A stretch of DNA of 20,000 nt from Chiloscyllium plagiosum (taxonomy: Eukaryota). Under the pieces are notes generated by a model, which had not been told where the DNA came from, made no database searches, and saw only the letters and a program-made list of their open reading frames with translations. Every line of letters begins with the position of its first letter. The first letter of the stretch is position 1. Location of the stretch: positions 30,622,331 through 30,642,330 of the forward strand of contig NC_057720.1 of assembly GCF_004010195.1 (NCBI RefSeq). Reading direction: 5' to 3'. Position numbers and translations under genes: made by a program. Of the stretch, positions 1 to 10,947 are shown one piece after another.

Positions 1-559
1 ACCCCGAATGACAAATAAAAATCTCTTGCATCCACGTCCCAGAAAAATCATAAATTGGCACAAAGTAGAGGCTGAAAAAGTGACTGGGACGCTGACAGCA
101 ATTGTGACTTGTGTGAATCTCACTCAGCACATAATCATTCCAATTGCACAATTCAGCCCAAGCAATCTCATTGATTTCCAGTGATTCCCAGGAGGTACTT
201 TATGTCTTCCTAACTGATTATTCTGTGGCAGCATTTTGGCAGATTGAATAATCAGTGTACAATTCAGCAATGGGAAGTGATGCTGCAGTCAATGCACAGA
301 TAAGTATTCAGATTTCCAAAAGTTCCAATGACACTGGAAAAACAAAAATGTGCTCTTGCCCCTTTCACCGGCATAACCTAAATGTAGGTCAGAATAAGCT
401 GCCTCCAGGTTGATGCAATTCTTCTTAGGTTTACACTGCGACCTTCTTCATTGTTAGCAATTAACATCATGGTTCACATTGGTTGGGCATTCAAGTTAAT
501 TGTAGGCTGGTCATAATGATAAATGAATTTGAATACAGCGGAAGTTAGCCAACAGCAGA

Positions 560-3500
560 CCAAAATTTAACATGTGACCATTTTGATTAAAAACAGCTAT
601 TGAACATACATTAACAAAACAAACAACTTAAAAAAGTTCATTTTTAAACATTATACAAACATCTTTAAAACCCAATCAGAAAACAGCATTATACTACATG
701 ACCTCTTGTACATTGTCACAGGCCAGTGAAAAGATTAAAGCACTGTACAGTTAAATGTTCTAATAATAAAAAGAACAATGCTCAAGTAGTAACCCCAGAT
801 TGATGCTCATTCCTGGATCCAGTACAGCAGCTAAATTCACAACCCTAATTTCAATTTTGTTTGGAGGCAAGTCATATTAATGAGTCTATACTAGTGAACG
901 GCACCATCCTAGGGTCGAGCAATGAAGCATTTCAAATGCAGTTTTCTCCTTCTATACTTTGATTGAAACAATCAGATATTACAATATTTAGAAGTCTTAG
1001 CATAATAAAAAATGTAGTTGCTTTTACACAGAAATTTACATGCAATATTTTCAAGGTAGAAACTTGAAAATCTGCCTTTTCAAGGTAGATTTGCAGCCTG
1101 GGTGGTGGTAATTTACTCTTCTAGGTGGAACTGATGTGAGGTGTGACAAGATTAACAGAAAGTAGTTGTTGGGGTGCAAAAACGTTTTAGGGGTATCACC
1201 AAAAAAGTACTATATTTAAAATGGTTTTGTGGAAGATTGATAATTATCCTCTTTATTTGCAGGTGACAATAATTCTGAATAGACTTTAAAAGATGGAAAG
1301 GTATGATTGTTCTACATATTTAATCCAAATTTTAATAACGGGATGCTTTTGTGGATTACAATTACTTCAAAGTTTTCAAAATACCACAAATGCACTGCTC
1401 TCTTAGTTTCTGAATCCTTTTATTCTTAAAGTGATTATCATGTTTTAAGGATTAATTTGGTTATCTGGTTCCAAAGTGATTGGGACTGGAAATTAAGAGT
1501 ACATTTAAGAGTAAGACGATAATTCACTTTGGCATTTCTCTTTACCAAAGATTATGAATTATTCAAACAGCAGATCCAGGGTATTGTCCACCAATACATT
1601 AACTCTATCTCCACTGGGGTTACTAACTTAAGCAATACTATTCTTCCCTGGGTTAGAAAAAAAAAAGGCTGAGAACCTCTTAGTCAAACCTTTCTGGGTC
1701 AATACATGATCAATACAGATTTAAAATATTTGGATTAAATGGTTATCGACAACCAATTAGATGTCAAGGAAGAAAGCAATAACTTCCCACAAAATTGAAC
1801 ATTCCCCAATGTAGTTTATCATTAGCCCATATCAAACAAAGTTTCAATTGATTTGCTTTGTTAATTAGTGAATTTATATCAAATCTCCACTGAAATAATT
1901 ATATCAAAGACACACAAGTGATGATCTGTTGTATTGATATATTGAAATACTGTTGTATTTCTCCCACTCCCAAGTTCATAACTAACACCCACAATATTGC
2001 TGTACCATCACATACAGACACCTATGTATTGGACAAGTATGCAATATCAATGATGTAACTGATTGCAATATGTCTATTAATAGTTGATAGCAATTGCTTA
2101 AAGCTTTAATCAATAGACTACAATTAATAACCCTTTAATAGGATGTCACCGCGCATATGACATGGGATATTCTGGAAATCAGCATCCACCATACTTGTCA
2201 AGGCAAAAATAATTCCAATAAATAATATTTGCTATATTGTGGGAAGCTTGAAGTACCAGTGCTTTACACTTCAGAATGGCCACCCATGGGTCTGTGCCAG
2301 TAATTCTCCACAGCATGTGCTCATCTTACCAGTATTACCATAAGAATGTTCAAGGTAAGGCTAATAATCTTTCAAAGGCTAGTTTGAAACCCTTAGCTAG
2401 GTCATTATACACAGCTTTCATTGGATGGTTTTGCAATATTACAAGAATTGTTCCAAATAGATTAGTTACCTCCTTTGCTGAGATATTATTTCAAATGGGA
2501 GATGGATAAATATAAATTTTGTCAAGGTAGTCAATCCTCAAAAACAAAAAGGTCTTTTTTAAAAATGAACTATTTTACTTTTGTGCTGCCTTGTATCTTC
2601 AACCAAATCATTTGTTTTTGAAAACAAGCCTGTTAGGATAAATTCAGAAGCTACAAGTGACAACTTAATCAATTCGGGTAGGTAAATCTCAGCTAAATAA
2701 ATATTACACACTTGCCCATTACGTACGCTAGTGATGTTACACAGGAGTGAAGAGTGATTCAAAAACAAATTATAGCTCATTAAAAACCAAAAACAGATAC
2801 ATATTTTTGAAGTGATCAGACTAGTTTTTGCAATTTTATAACATCAGTTTGGATAGTGAAATATCACCAACTAAAATTCAATCTGTCTGTAGGAAATGAC
2901 CAAAGGTTGGACTTTAAGTTCCTCACACAAAATATACATTCACAACATTAACCTCATTGGAAAATGGCTGCCAGTCATATGGATTCTAAAAGAAAAAAGT
3001 TGCCTTTATTAAAGTATTCATTTAATATTTAATAAAGTATCAGACTGCTGCTGAACTGTCAGTATGCACTGTCAGTACATTCTTGTAAACCTAAACTCCT
3101 CTTTGCACAACAGTGGGACCAGCTAAATATTCCAAGACACAATTGCTGCAACCAAGTGAACAGACTTACTGGGTGTTCTATTATACAAATAAAATTAAAT
3201 CTATATAACGTAATAACAGAGTATTTTGTTACTCTGAAAAATCTGAACTCTGGGAACTATTATACACAAATCAACAAGCTCTCCTCTCCTCAAGACTGTA
3301 CTAAAACCTTAAATCAAATCCTCCGTAGTTACTACTGAAAGCATTAGATAAAATTTGTTTTTTGTACATTCACAAGCACAACCACGAGTTATCCTTTTCC
3401 ATACAAAATCTTCAAAGAACAGGGAGAGACTTGCATCGTCTTGAGCTTGAACTGGCAGCAAAATTGGCTCCATAACAGCTATCAAAGGCTTGCTGTCTGC

Positions 3501-3630
3501 AACCTGGATGTACGTACATCTTCCCTAAATTGACTGTTGCCTAAAGCCATCTGGCATGGTGCCCAGTTCTTCACTGAACTGACACCAAGCAAAGATTATT
3601 GACTATTCCCATAGATGTTCCAGTCATCTC
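560..3630 (-). other. USP24: Probable USP24 3'UTR (distal end uncertain)
   Basis: AT-rich stretch with no recognisable TE, downstream of the stop; minus-strand AATAAA at 3005-3010, 1419-1424 and 1252-1257; U-rich, UGUA-containing segment at about 560-770. Confidence 0.45.
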
Positions 3631-3693
3631 TTATGGGTCCATTTCATCAAGGTCACTTTTAGAATCACCAAGCATCATGGGAGACTCAGAGCC
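3631..3693 (-). CDS. USP24: USP24 terminal coding segment (GSESPMMLGDSKSDLDEMDP*)
   Basis: tgtttcttcattctaag|GGCTCT...CCATAA; resembles recalled human ending GSESPMMIGELRSDLDDVDP*. Confidence 0.95.
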   Translation of the reverse strand, partial: GSESPMMLGDSKSDLDEMDP

Positions 3694-5376
3694 CTTAGAA
3701 TGAAGAAACAAAGGAAAGTGTTAGTGGAACAAATAATTACCTTTAAAGACAGCTTGTAATATACAACAGATGCAATGACGGATAGAGAAGCTAGACAATA
3801 TGTTGCTTCACAACTGAGAAGATTAACCTTTTAAGTGCTGGCCACGATTGCTCAAAGCACGGGGGGGGGGGGGCGTTGGTGGAAAACAGCTGCAGCAGCA
3901 GGCATATCTTCCCCTAAAAGTTCCCAAACCACTCGGGAATATTCACTCATTAGAGCAACCAACAGGAGAAAAGTCACCCCGACAAACAGAACGGAAGAAA
4001 AGGGTGGTGGGAGTGCTGGTTAGAACAAGTTAAGATTGGAGGTGGGTTGGAGCTGACAGGAAGAAGCAAGGAGCTGGCAAAGTGAGGAGAGGTCCAGGAG
4101 TTGGTGGGATGAGAGTTGGGGTGGGGTGGAGAGAATCACAATTAGCCAGAATGCATTGTGGTCTTTTATCGACGTCTAGAAGTGGCCTTTTGCTGGATCT
4201 GGGCATTGTCTGCTGGGTCCTGGGTGGGAGTGTCAACAAGAGTCAGGCAGAGATGGGAGGACATGTTGGTTTTGGTAGGACAAGTCAGTTTCAGGTGGAC
4301 TGGGAGAGGGAATGGAGGTTGCAAGAGGTGCGAGCAGGAAGAATGAGGCAATAAAAGAAAGGGAACTGCTTTAAACTGGTCAAAGGAGTAGTACTCTGCT
4401 TTTTGGGGTCCAAGAAAACTCCATTTTGCTAAGGAAATGAATTCCTTGCAAATGATTGTGCAATTTCAAGCTATGGCTGCATAAATTGTTATTTGGAAAA
4501 TACATAATGGACTCTCCTGCAATGAAGTTAATAAATTTAAATGGGTGATTGCGATCTGAGATACAATAAATGCAGGTGTAACTGCCGTACTAAACTATTC
4601 CAACTTTATGTGCAAAGGGTACATATTTCCTGTGATCTCACCAGTCTGTGGAAGTTACGTATATGTATATGGCTGCTTATGTGTGTGGAAGCAAGTGCCA
4701 GTTATTTTGAAAAAAATCGCTTATTAACTTTTCATGTTACCTTGTAACAATTTAAATACTATGATGTTTAAGAAATTAATGCTTTTCTTACATGTCATGC
4801 CTTTGTATTTAAAAGAGGATTGATAATAAGGATATTGATGAATTATTCTATTTCTGCATATGAGTGTCCAAATACCCTATATATGTCAACACAAATATAA
4901 GAAGGCACTGTTGCTAAATAACAGCATTACCTAACAAGTGAGAATGGAAAGGCAGCCTTCAAAAATCAAAACATTGTTCTTGAGAAAATCTGACTATCAA
5001 ATGCCAGCTTCTCAAAGATCAGCTCCAGTGCAAACTATTATAATTGAGAAGAAACGAAAAGTAGGAGTGCACTGCAAATTAGCCAGCATCTGAAAGAAGG
5101 GCAGGTTGACAGCACTGTGAAGCATTACGATCATTCTTACTCTATGCAGAACAGTCCTTACATTGAAGTTTTGTCCTCTATAGGGTTTCTTCATGTAATG
5201 ACAGAATTCTATTTGCATTACGGTTATTTTACAGTTAGGAGAAATGAATAAAACTGTTTCATCATCCATACCTAAACACAGTTTTATTACACAAAAACAG
5301 TAATTTTGAATAGTTCTACTTTGTGAACCTGCTGCTGCAAGTCTCCCTTTAGATTGTGAACACACAGTGAACATAC

Positions 5377-5414
5377 CTTACTCATCACGATACCGTGCAG
5401 TGCCCATCTATACC
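5377..5414 (-). other. Candidate alternative cassette exon encoding GIDGHCTVS*
   Basis: cttatccctccag|GGTATAGATGGGCACTGCACGGTATCGTGATGAGTAAG|gtatgt; strong-looking acceptor and donor; read in phase 0 from the upstream exon it stops at tandem TGA TGA. Confidence 0.4.
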
Positions 5415-5778
5415 CTGGAGGGATAAGCTGATGAGTATCAATGCACCTCATCAGCTTACATTAAAAATGTAAGCTGAAGAAAACAGCAGCCATTCTATTT
5501 CATACAGATTTTTACTTGATTTATACACATCACAGGTTGCTGCAATATAAATGTGTGATATTGGCAATTCTAAAAATTGGTTCAGGACTTCTTCAAAAAT
5601 TAAGATTTATGGAATAGTTTTTTTTTTAAATTAAAAATATTTGGAACAATGAAATGGTAGTTTTCAGTACTTATGTTTCCTCTATTCTATTATGCCAAAT
5701 TGATTGACCAATTTTGCAGACTTGGTTATCTACTAAATTGCTAACATTCACACCACTTAGTAAAGGATTCTTCCTTAC

Positions 5779-5889
5779 CTGCCGGAGAGTTCTATCTCCA
5801 TTCTCTGTAGCAGGGCTGCCATCTGATCCATTACTACTCCCAGATTGCTCCTTCTCATTCAGAAGGGCTGTAGCATAGGCTAACGTATC
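5779..5889 (-). CDS. USP24: USP24 penultimate coding exon (DTLAYATALLNEKEQSGSSNGSDGSPATENGDRTLRQ)
   Basis: ctttgttgcag|GATACG...CGGCAG|gtaagg; 111 nt; inside ORF 5671..6018; near-identical to recalled USP24 C-terminus. Confidence 0.96.
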
Positions 5890-6273
5890 CTGCAACAAAG
5901 TATGACAAATCATTGGGTTGGTTGTCTTGTGGCATTTAAATGGAAACTTTCCACACTGCCTTGAAGTCTTGTTTTGGTCAAGACTGAATATTAATGTTGA
6001 GAAATACAAAGTAAACAATAAAACACAGCAGCAGGTATGCTATGCAGCAGAATTTGTATTGACCATATTATCCATCTATCCCCTCAAATTGATAATAACA
6101 TCAGCTTTTCAAAGCAGTAGAGAAAAATCAGTACTGTATATATCAGAATTATCACTTTGATCTGGTTGTTTTACACTTAATGAGCCAGACAGTTCCAAGT
6201 TTCAAATGGTCTCTAGAACTTTGACACTGACAGAGTGCCACATTGTCAGATGCCATCTTTTAGTTCCTTCACT

Positions 6274-7030
6274 AAGTGGCAGATGGAGTTTAATTTAAAT
6301 AAATGAGACGTGTTGCATTTTGGTAAGGCAAATCAAGGAAGGATTTATACACTTATTGGTAGGATTCTGGGGAAGGCTGCCATAAAGAGACCTTGGGGTG
6401 CAGGTTCATAGTTCCTTGAAAGTGGAGTCTCAGGTAGACAAGGTAGTGAAGAAGGCGTTTGATATACTTACTAATATTGCCAGTGCATTGAGTTGTGATG
6501 TCATCTTGCGGCTATAGTGAACATTGGTTACGCCGCTTTTGGAATACTATGTTTGATTTTGGAAAGATGTTAAACTTGAATGGGTGCAGACAAGATTTAC
6601 AAGGATATTGCTAGGGTTGGAGGGTTTGAGCTATAGGGAGAGGTTAAATAGGCTGAGACCATTTTCCCTGGATCATCAGAGCCCGAGGGGTGACCTTATA
6701 GAGATTTATAAAATCATAGGGTGAATACCAAGGTCTTTATTCCACCGTTGGGAAGTCAAAATTAGAGGGTAGGAGAGAGAGAAAAAATATAAAAGGGATC
6801 TAAGATACAACTTTTACATGCAGAGGGTGATGCATGTATGGAATGTACTGCCAGAGGAAGTGTGGAGGCTGGTACAATTACAACATTCAAAAAGCATCTG
6901 GATGGGTATATGAATAGGAGGGGTTTAGAGGAATATGTGCCAAATGCTGGAAAATGGGACTAGGATAACTTGTTGGCATTCTTGAGTTGACCGAACAGTC
7001 TGTTTCCATGCTGTACATCTCTATGACTAT
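6274..7030 (+). mobile_element. 5'-truncated CR1-clade LINE (3' end of ORF2 plus tail)
   Basis: Degenerate translation KWQMEFNLNK..VLHFGKANQGR..RDLGVQVHSSLKVESQVDKVVKKAF..RGDLIEIYKI; 3' tail GTCTGTTTCCATGCTGTACATCTCTATGACT typical of elasmobranch CR1/HER1. Confidence 0.88.
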
Positions 7031-7396
7031 AATTGACCTTTCAATTTGGCAACACATCTTCAAAAAAAAAATTACTTGACTGTGAAATAGTTTGTATAAT
7101 CCCTAGGTCCAGACAGACACTAATTAACTGCTAGTATTTCCGTCCTTCTGAGAGGAGAATGTCACAACCAATTTCCGATCACTTAAGCAATTTTAACAAG
7201 TTGTTTTTGTCATATTTCCTCTTCAACACACCCAAAACATTTCTCCTGTCAAAAGCCAAGGGGAAAAATTGAGGTTATTCACAGCATTTTTACCACAGCA
7301 ACACTATTTGTCTTTCCGAAATTTCTACTTGGGACTGATCTATGGTTTCTTTGCAGATCCTAATTGCTGCTATAAGAAGTGAAGAAGTTGAAATAC

Positions 7397-7483
7397 CTGT
7401 GCTGAAATTGTGCGCTGAAATGTCTTTGCTGTTGAAGTTTCATTTGATATGTTGCTCTGTGGAGCCCAGTAATGTTCAGACAT
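7397..7483 (-). CDS. USP24: USP24 coding exon (MSEHYWAPQSNISNETSTAKTFQRTISAQ)
   Basis: cctttgtttag|ATGTCT...GCACAG|gtattt; 87 nt, phase 0/0. Confidence 0.95.
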
Positions 7484-7925
7484 CTAAACAAAGGACGATA
7501 AAGATATTAGCAGTTCCATTATAAAACTCAAGCTGCAATAGTCTCAGAGAACAATACTGGTTCCAGAGATGACTGATCTTTAAGAATTGCTGCAATATTT
7601 TACAGGTGCTTCCACATGGAACCCATTCACAAACTTAGCAGATTTTAAGTCAACAAACAGCTTTGAAGCATGAGGTGACTTGTTGATCTCACTGAAACTC
7701 TGGGCTTTGACAACAGCATGATTCCTGCTATGCTTTGATGTTATAAATCATATTTTTCCAGATGTATTATATTTTGAAAAACTGCAGCATCAATGCTACT
7801 TTTGCATAGTTAAGTAGTATGCAAACTGCTTGCATAGTTAAGTAATTTGCTTCATTCTGGTATTAAATCACTGGTAGATTGCAACTGGTTTCAAAAGGGA
7901 TAAACATAGCACTGTCAGTCCTCAC

Positions 7926-8001
7926 CTTCTTTTGTAACCACTGCACAGCCCAACTCCAGTGGTGAGGATGTTCCCGAAAATAATCCTTAGCAGCTGCACA
8001 T
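7926..8001 (-). CDS. USP24: USP24 coding exon (CAAAKDYFREHPHHWSWAVQWLQKK)
   Basis: ttccctttcaatag|ATGTGCA...AAGAAG|gtgagg; 76 nt, phase 2/0; WSWAVQWLQKK motif of the USP24/USP9 C-terminal region. Confidence 0.95.
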
Positions 8002-8586
8002 CTATTGAAAGGGAAATTAATACTTATGACTTTTGATTCATTTTTGAGGAAGGAAAGAAAATAGAAGGAAGAGGAGGATTTTCAAAACATCTTGATAGGC
8101 AAACAAGATATCATGGTGACTTCTGAGATTGAAGTCTAAACCTGACTTGTGTAAGTTAGTGTTGCAAGTTTTGTTTTTCAAACTGAGTGATAAGTTCAGT
8201 TGAATCAAACACTTTTACACTTATTAACACTTTGATATAGTCTAATGTTGAAGACTTAGCTTTGATCCAAATATATATTTCCTCTGAGTGCATAGCAGCC
8301 TCTTGTATAATATCCACCTACACTTCAAATCAGAGCCTTCAGCCGTCTCAGCAATATTCTTCATTATTCCCTAATCTTTGCCTCTCTCTGTATTTTTCTC
8401 CAGTTTTTTACGAGTAGTCTGTGGATTACCTCTCAGGCCTTTAACAAGTTCTTTGTTCCTCTCCACAGTGAATCACCACCTTTAGTCATTATTCAACTTT
8501 AAAGTTTACAAATCATCCACAAATAACCAGCAAAATCGATGCTCATATTTCCAAATCAATTTTAAGTGTTAAGTTTGAGTACTTAC

Positions 8587-8665
8587 TTCTGAGCTAACAG
8601 GACTAAGAATTTGATGCACTGGTAGCAGCGGCTGCTGTCAACATTGTTACTCTGATGCATCAGGG
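8587..8665 (-). CDS. USP24: USP24 coding exon (ALMHQSNNVDSSRCYQCIKFLVLLAQK)
   Basis: gtctccccacag|CCCTGATG...CAGAA|gtaagt; 79 nt, phase 1/2, compatible with both flanking exons. Confidence 0.95.
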
Positions 8666-8805
8666 CTGTGGGGAGACAACATTCATAATTTCAATTTAGA
8701 TCTACGGTTACAGATTGTCAACAAAACACCAGTTGGTGCAGTTAATCTAAGCCATCCACTAGCTTTGTATACAACAGAGGATACCATTCTATAGCGAAAG
8801 TTGGA

Positions 8806-9662
8806 TATTATACATCATATATATTATATATTTTGGGATTTGGATTTAAAAATAGAGGCAGATGGATGTGTGTCAGTTCTCTGAAGGTGTTTTTAAAATC
8901 TGGTCAGGAAGTGATTTAGAACAGTGACTTATGTGCATCAATCCCAACAAAACAAGTGACTACAGTCAAGTGCCTGAGAGAACTTCTGGAGTGTTAATGG
9001 ATAGAATGTTTATACTGCTCATCTTTCAAGAGACTAGGGAATTATTTGTTTTATTTTGACTTCAGAACATTCAAGGTTTCAGATCTGAGGAATCTGAAGC
9101 TACAATGGTTTCTCCGAGCAGATGAATCAAGTTTTTAGTTCAGGGGAACCAAAGTGTTTAAGATTTATGGAATTTCTCAGTCAGCTTAGATAAAAATCCT
9201 CATGCTATCAAAATTGAAAACAGTTTGGGAAATCAGATTTTTTGAAAGGATCATGTCAGGGGACTGGGAAAAGCATTGCAAAACTGCCTCCATGTTCTAA
9301 AGAAAGGAACTGGGAGAAGGCAGTTAGGCAAAGAAGAATTGAGATAGGAGTAGACTTACTCTGGAATTTAGGATTTCCAAAAGTATAATGTTGGGGAATA
9401 GATAGGAACTTTGCTTTGCTTTTTGTGTTAAGATCTGTCTGACTTTCATACATATTTACATATTATGCATATATATTATGCATAGTTTTGATTTTTTTTT
9501 GTGTAATAAACTTATGCTATTGCTAAATAATATCTGCAGCCTTGTGTGAATACATTACAGGATTAACCTTCATGGTAATCAATTGCAAAAATTAATGATC
9601 TATGAAGCCAAGTTTCCTCCAAAGATTGGACTTCAGTATTGCCATCAGCTGGGTTCATAACA
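8806..9662 (+). mobile_element. Possible decayed solo LTR
   Basis: Ends in ...CAGCTGGGTTCATAACA with an internal AATAAA near 9505, as in a TG...CA LTR 3' end; 5' boundary and TSD not resolved. Confidence 0.35.
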
Positions 9663-10016
9663 ATACACAAGTACATGCATACAGAACAAGAATGGGAGGG
9701 GGGGGGGCGCAAATAACATACAATTCAGCTGTTGAAAAATATTCAACAATTTAATTACTTAAGGGTTAATGGGTAAACACAGTCCAGAGTCTTTAAAATT
9801 GGAAGGCTGAGGTTCAATCTATGGCATATATAATGATAGATGGATCTTGGGAGGATCCAAGATAGCAGCGCCCTGTTAGGGTCGCGTTTGCTCCGTGCTG
9901 CAATGTCGACCTGACAGAGCCAGAACCCCTTCCACATACTTTACTGAGAGTAAAAACACAGTAAAGGAGCTAGAAACCTGAACAAAACTACTTACCTTTG
10001 TCCTTGCAGCTGAAGA

Positions 10017-10947
10017 ATGCTGAAGAAAGGAGGAAGCTCATCCTGGGCCAGGGCCATGGCCCGGCCCTCTGAAGCAGCAGGCTTACTTACTCACCTGACT
10101 CTGGTTGAGGAGCTGGCCAAATCGTGTGTTTCCAGGGCTTCAATATGGTTCTTGGAGGAATCAGTCTCTGCCTCTACCCCTACAGCCAGGTGCTCGAGCT
10201 CATCGATCCTTTTTCACACGTCTTGCAGCATAGCAGATACAAGAGCCAGCTTCTCTTCAATTTTTTTCCTGGATCTGCCTCCCTAGAACCTTAAGAGAAG
10301 CTGGCTCCTGTATCTGCTATGCTGCAAGATGTGTGAAAAAGGACCGATGAGCTCGAGCACCTGGCTGTAGGGGTAGAGGCAGAGACTGACTCCTCCAAGA
10401 GCCCTATTGAAGCCCTGGAAACACACGTCCATGGTCTGTTAGATCTGGTAGACAATCTCGAAAACAGGGGCAGAAGAAAGAACCTGAGCGTTGTTGGCAT
10501 ACCAGAGGGGACGGAAGGTGAGCGGCTGGTCGAGGTCTTCAATAAGTGGTTCCCAGAGTCCCTTGGTTTGGAGGTTGAAAAGGGAAGGATAACAATTGAA
10601 AGAGCCCACTGATTGTGGCACAAATGTGAGGTGCGGATCAGCGCCCACGCCCTGTCCTGGTGAAGTTTCTTGATTACAAAGACTAGCAGAAGGTCATGGA
10701 AGCCTCTAGAGCCCAGGGGAGGGATTAGAGGGTGTTGGTATGTGGCGCCGCCAGAGTCATGTTTTTTCAAGACTTCTCAGTGGTCTGGAAAAGGAAGTCC
10801 TACGATGGCGTCAAGAGGAGATTGAGCACGCTTGGGATCCAGTATTCTTTAAGATATCCAGCAGTGATTCGGATCAATCATAATGGATCCATACATTTGT
10901 TTGACTCGCCAGAGCAAGCGAAGAACTTTGTGGACACGTTGACTTAA
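10017..10947 (+). pseudogene. L1 ORF1 remnant, disrupted by stops, frameshifts and an inverted duplication
   Basis: Coiled-coil-like region, then LVDNLENRGRRKNLSVVGIPEGTEG...ITIERAH and C-terminal VMFFQDFS...YSLRYPAVIRINHNGSIHLFDSPEQAKNFV, typical of fish L1 ORF1p. Confidence 0.9.
10123..10427. repeat. 135-bp inverted repeat (10123-10257 / 10293-10427) inside L1 ORF1
   Basis: Arms reverse-complementary with 6 mismatches by manual count, 35-nt spacer; explains the shared peptide in ORFs 10017..10286(+) and 10291..10770(-). Confidence 0.95.

Noticed and set aside
2276..5374. Short ORFs in the 3'UTR and last intron as genes
   Set aside because: No recognisable motifs or exon context; expected by chance
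7802..7844. Short tandem duplication of TTGCATAGTTAAGTA
   Set aside because: Two copies 28 bp apart in an intron; ordinary local duplication
8300..8480. Possible very old L2 3' fragment
   Set aside because: Resemblance too weak to support by eye
10291..10770. 159-aa minus-strand ORF sharing a peptide with ORF 10017..10286, as a gene pair
   Set aside because: Antisense reading of L1 ORF1; the shared peptide comes from the inverted duplication
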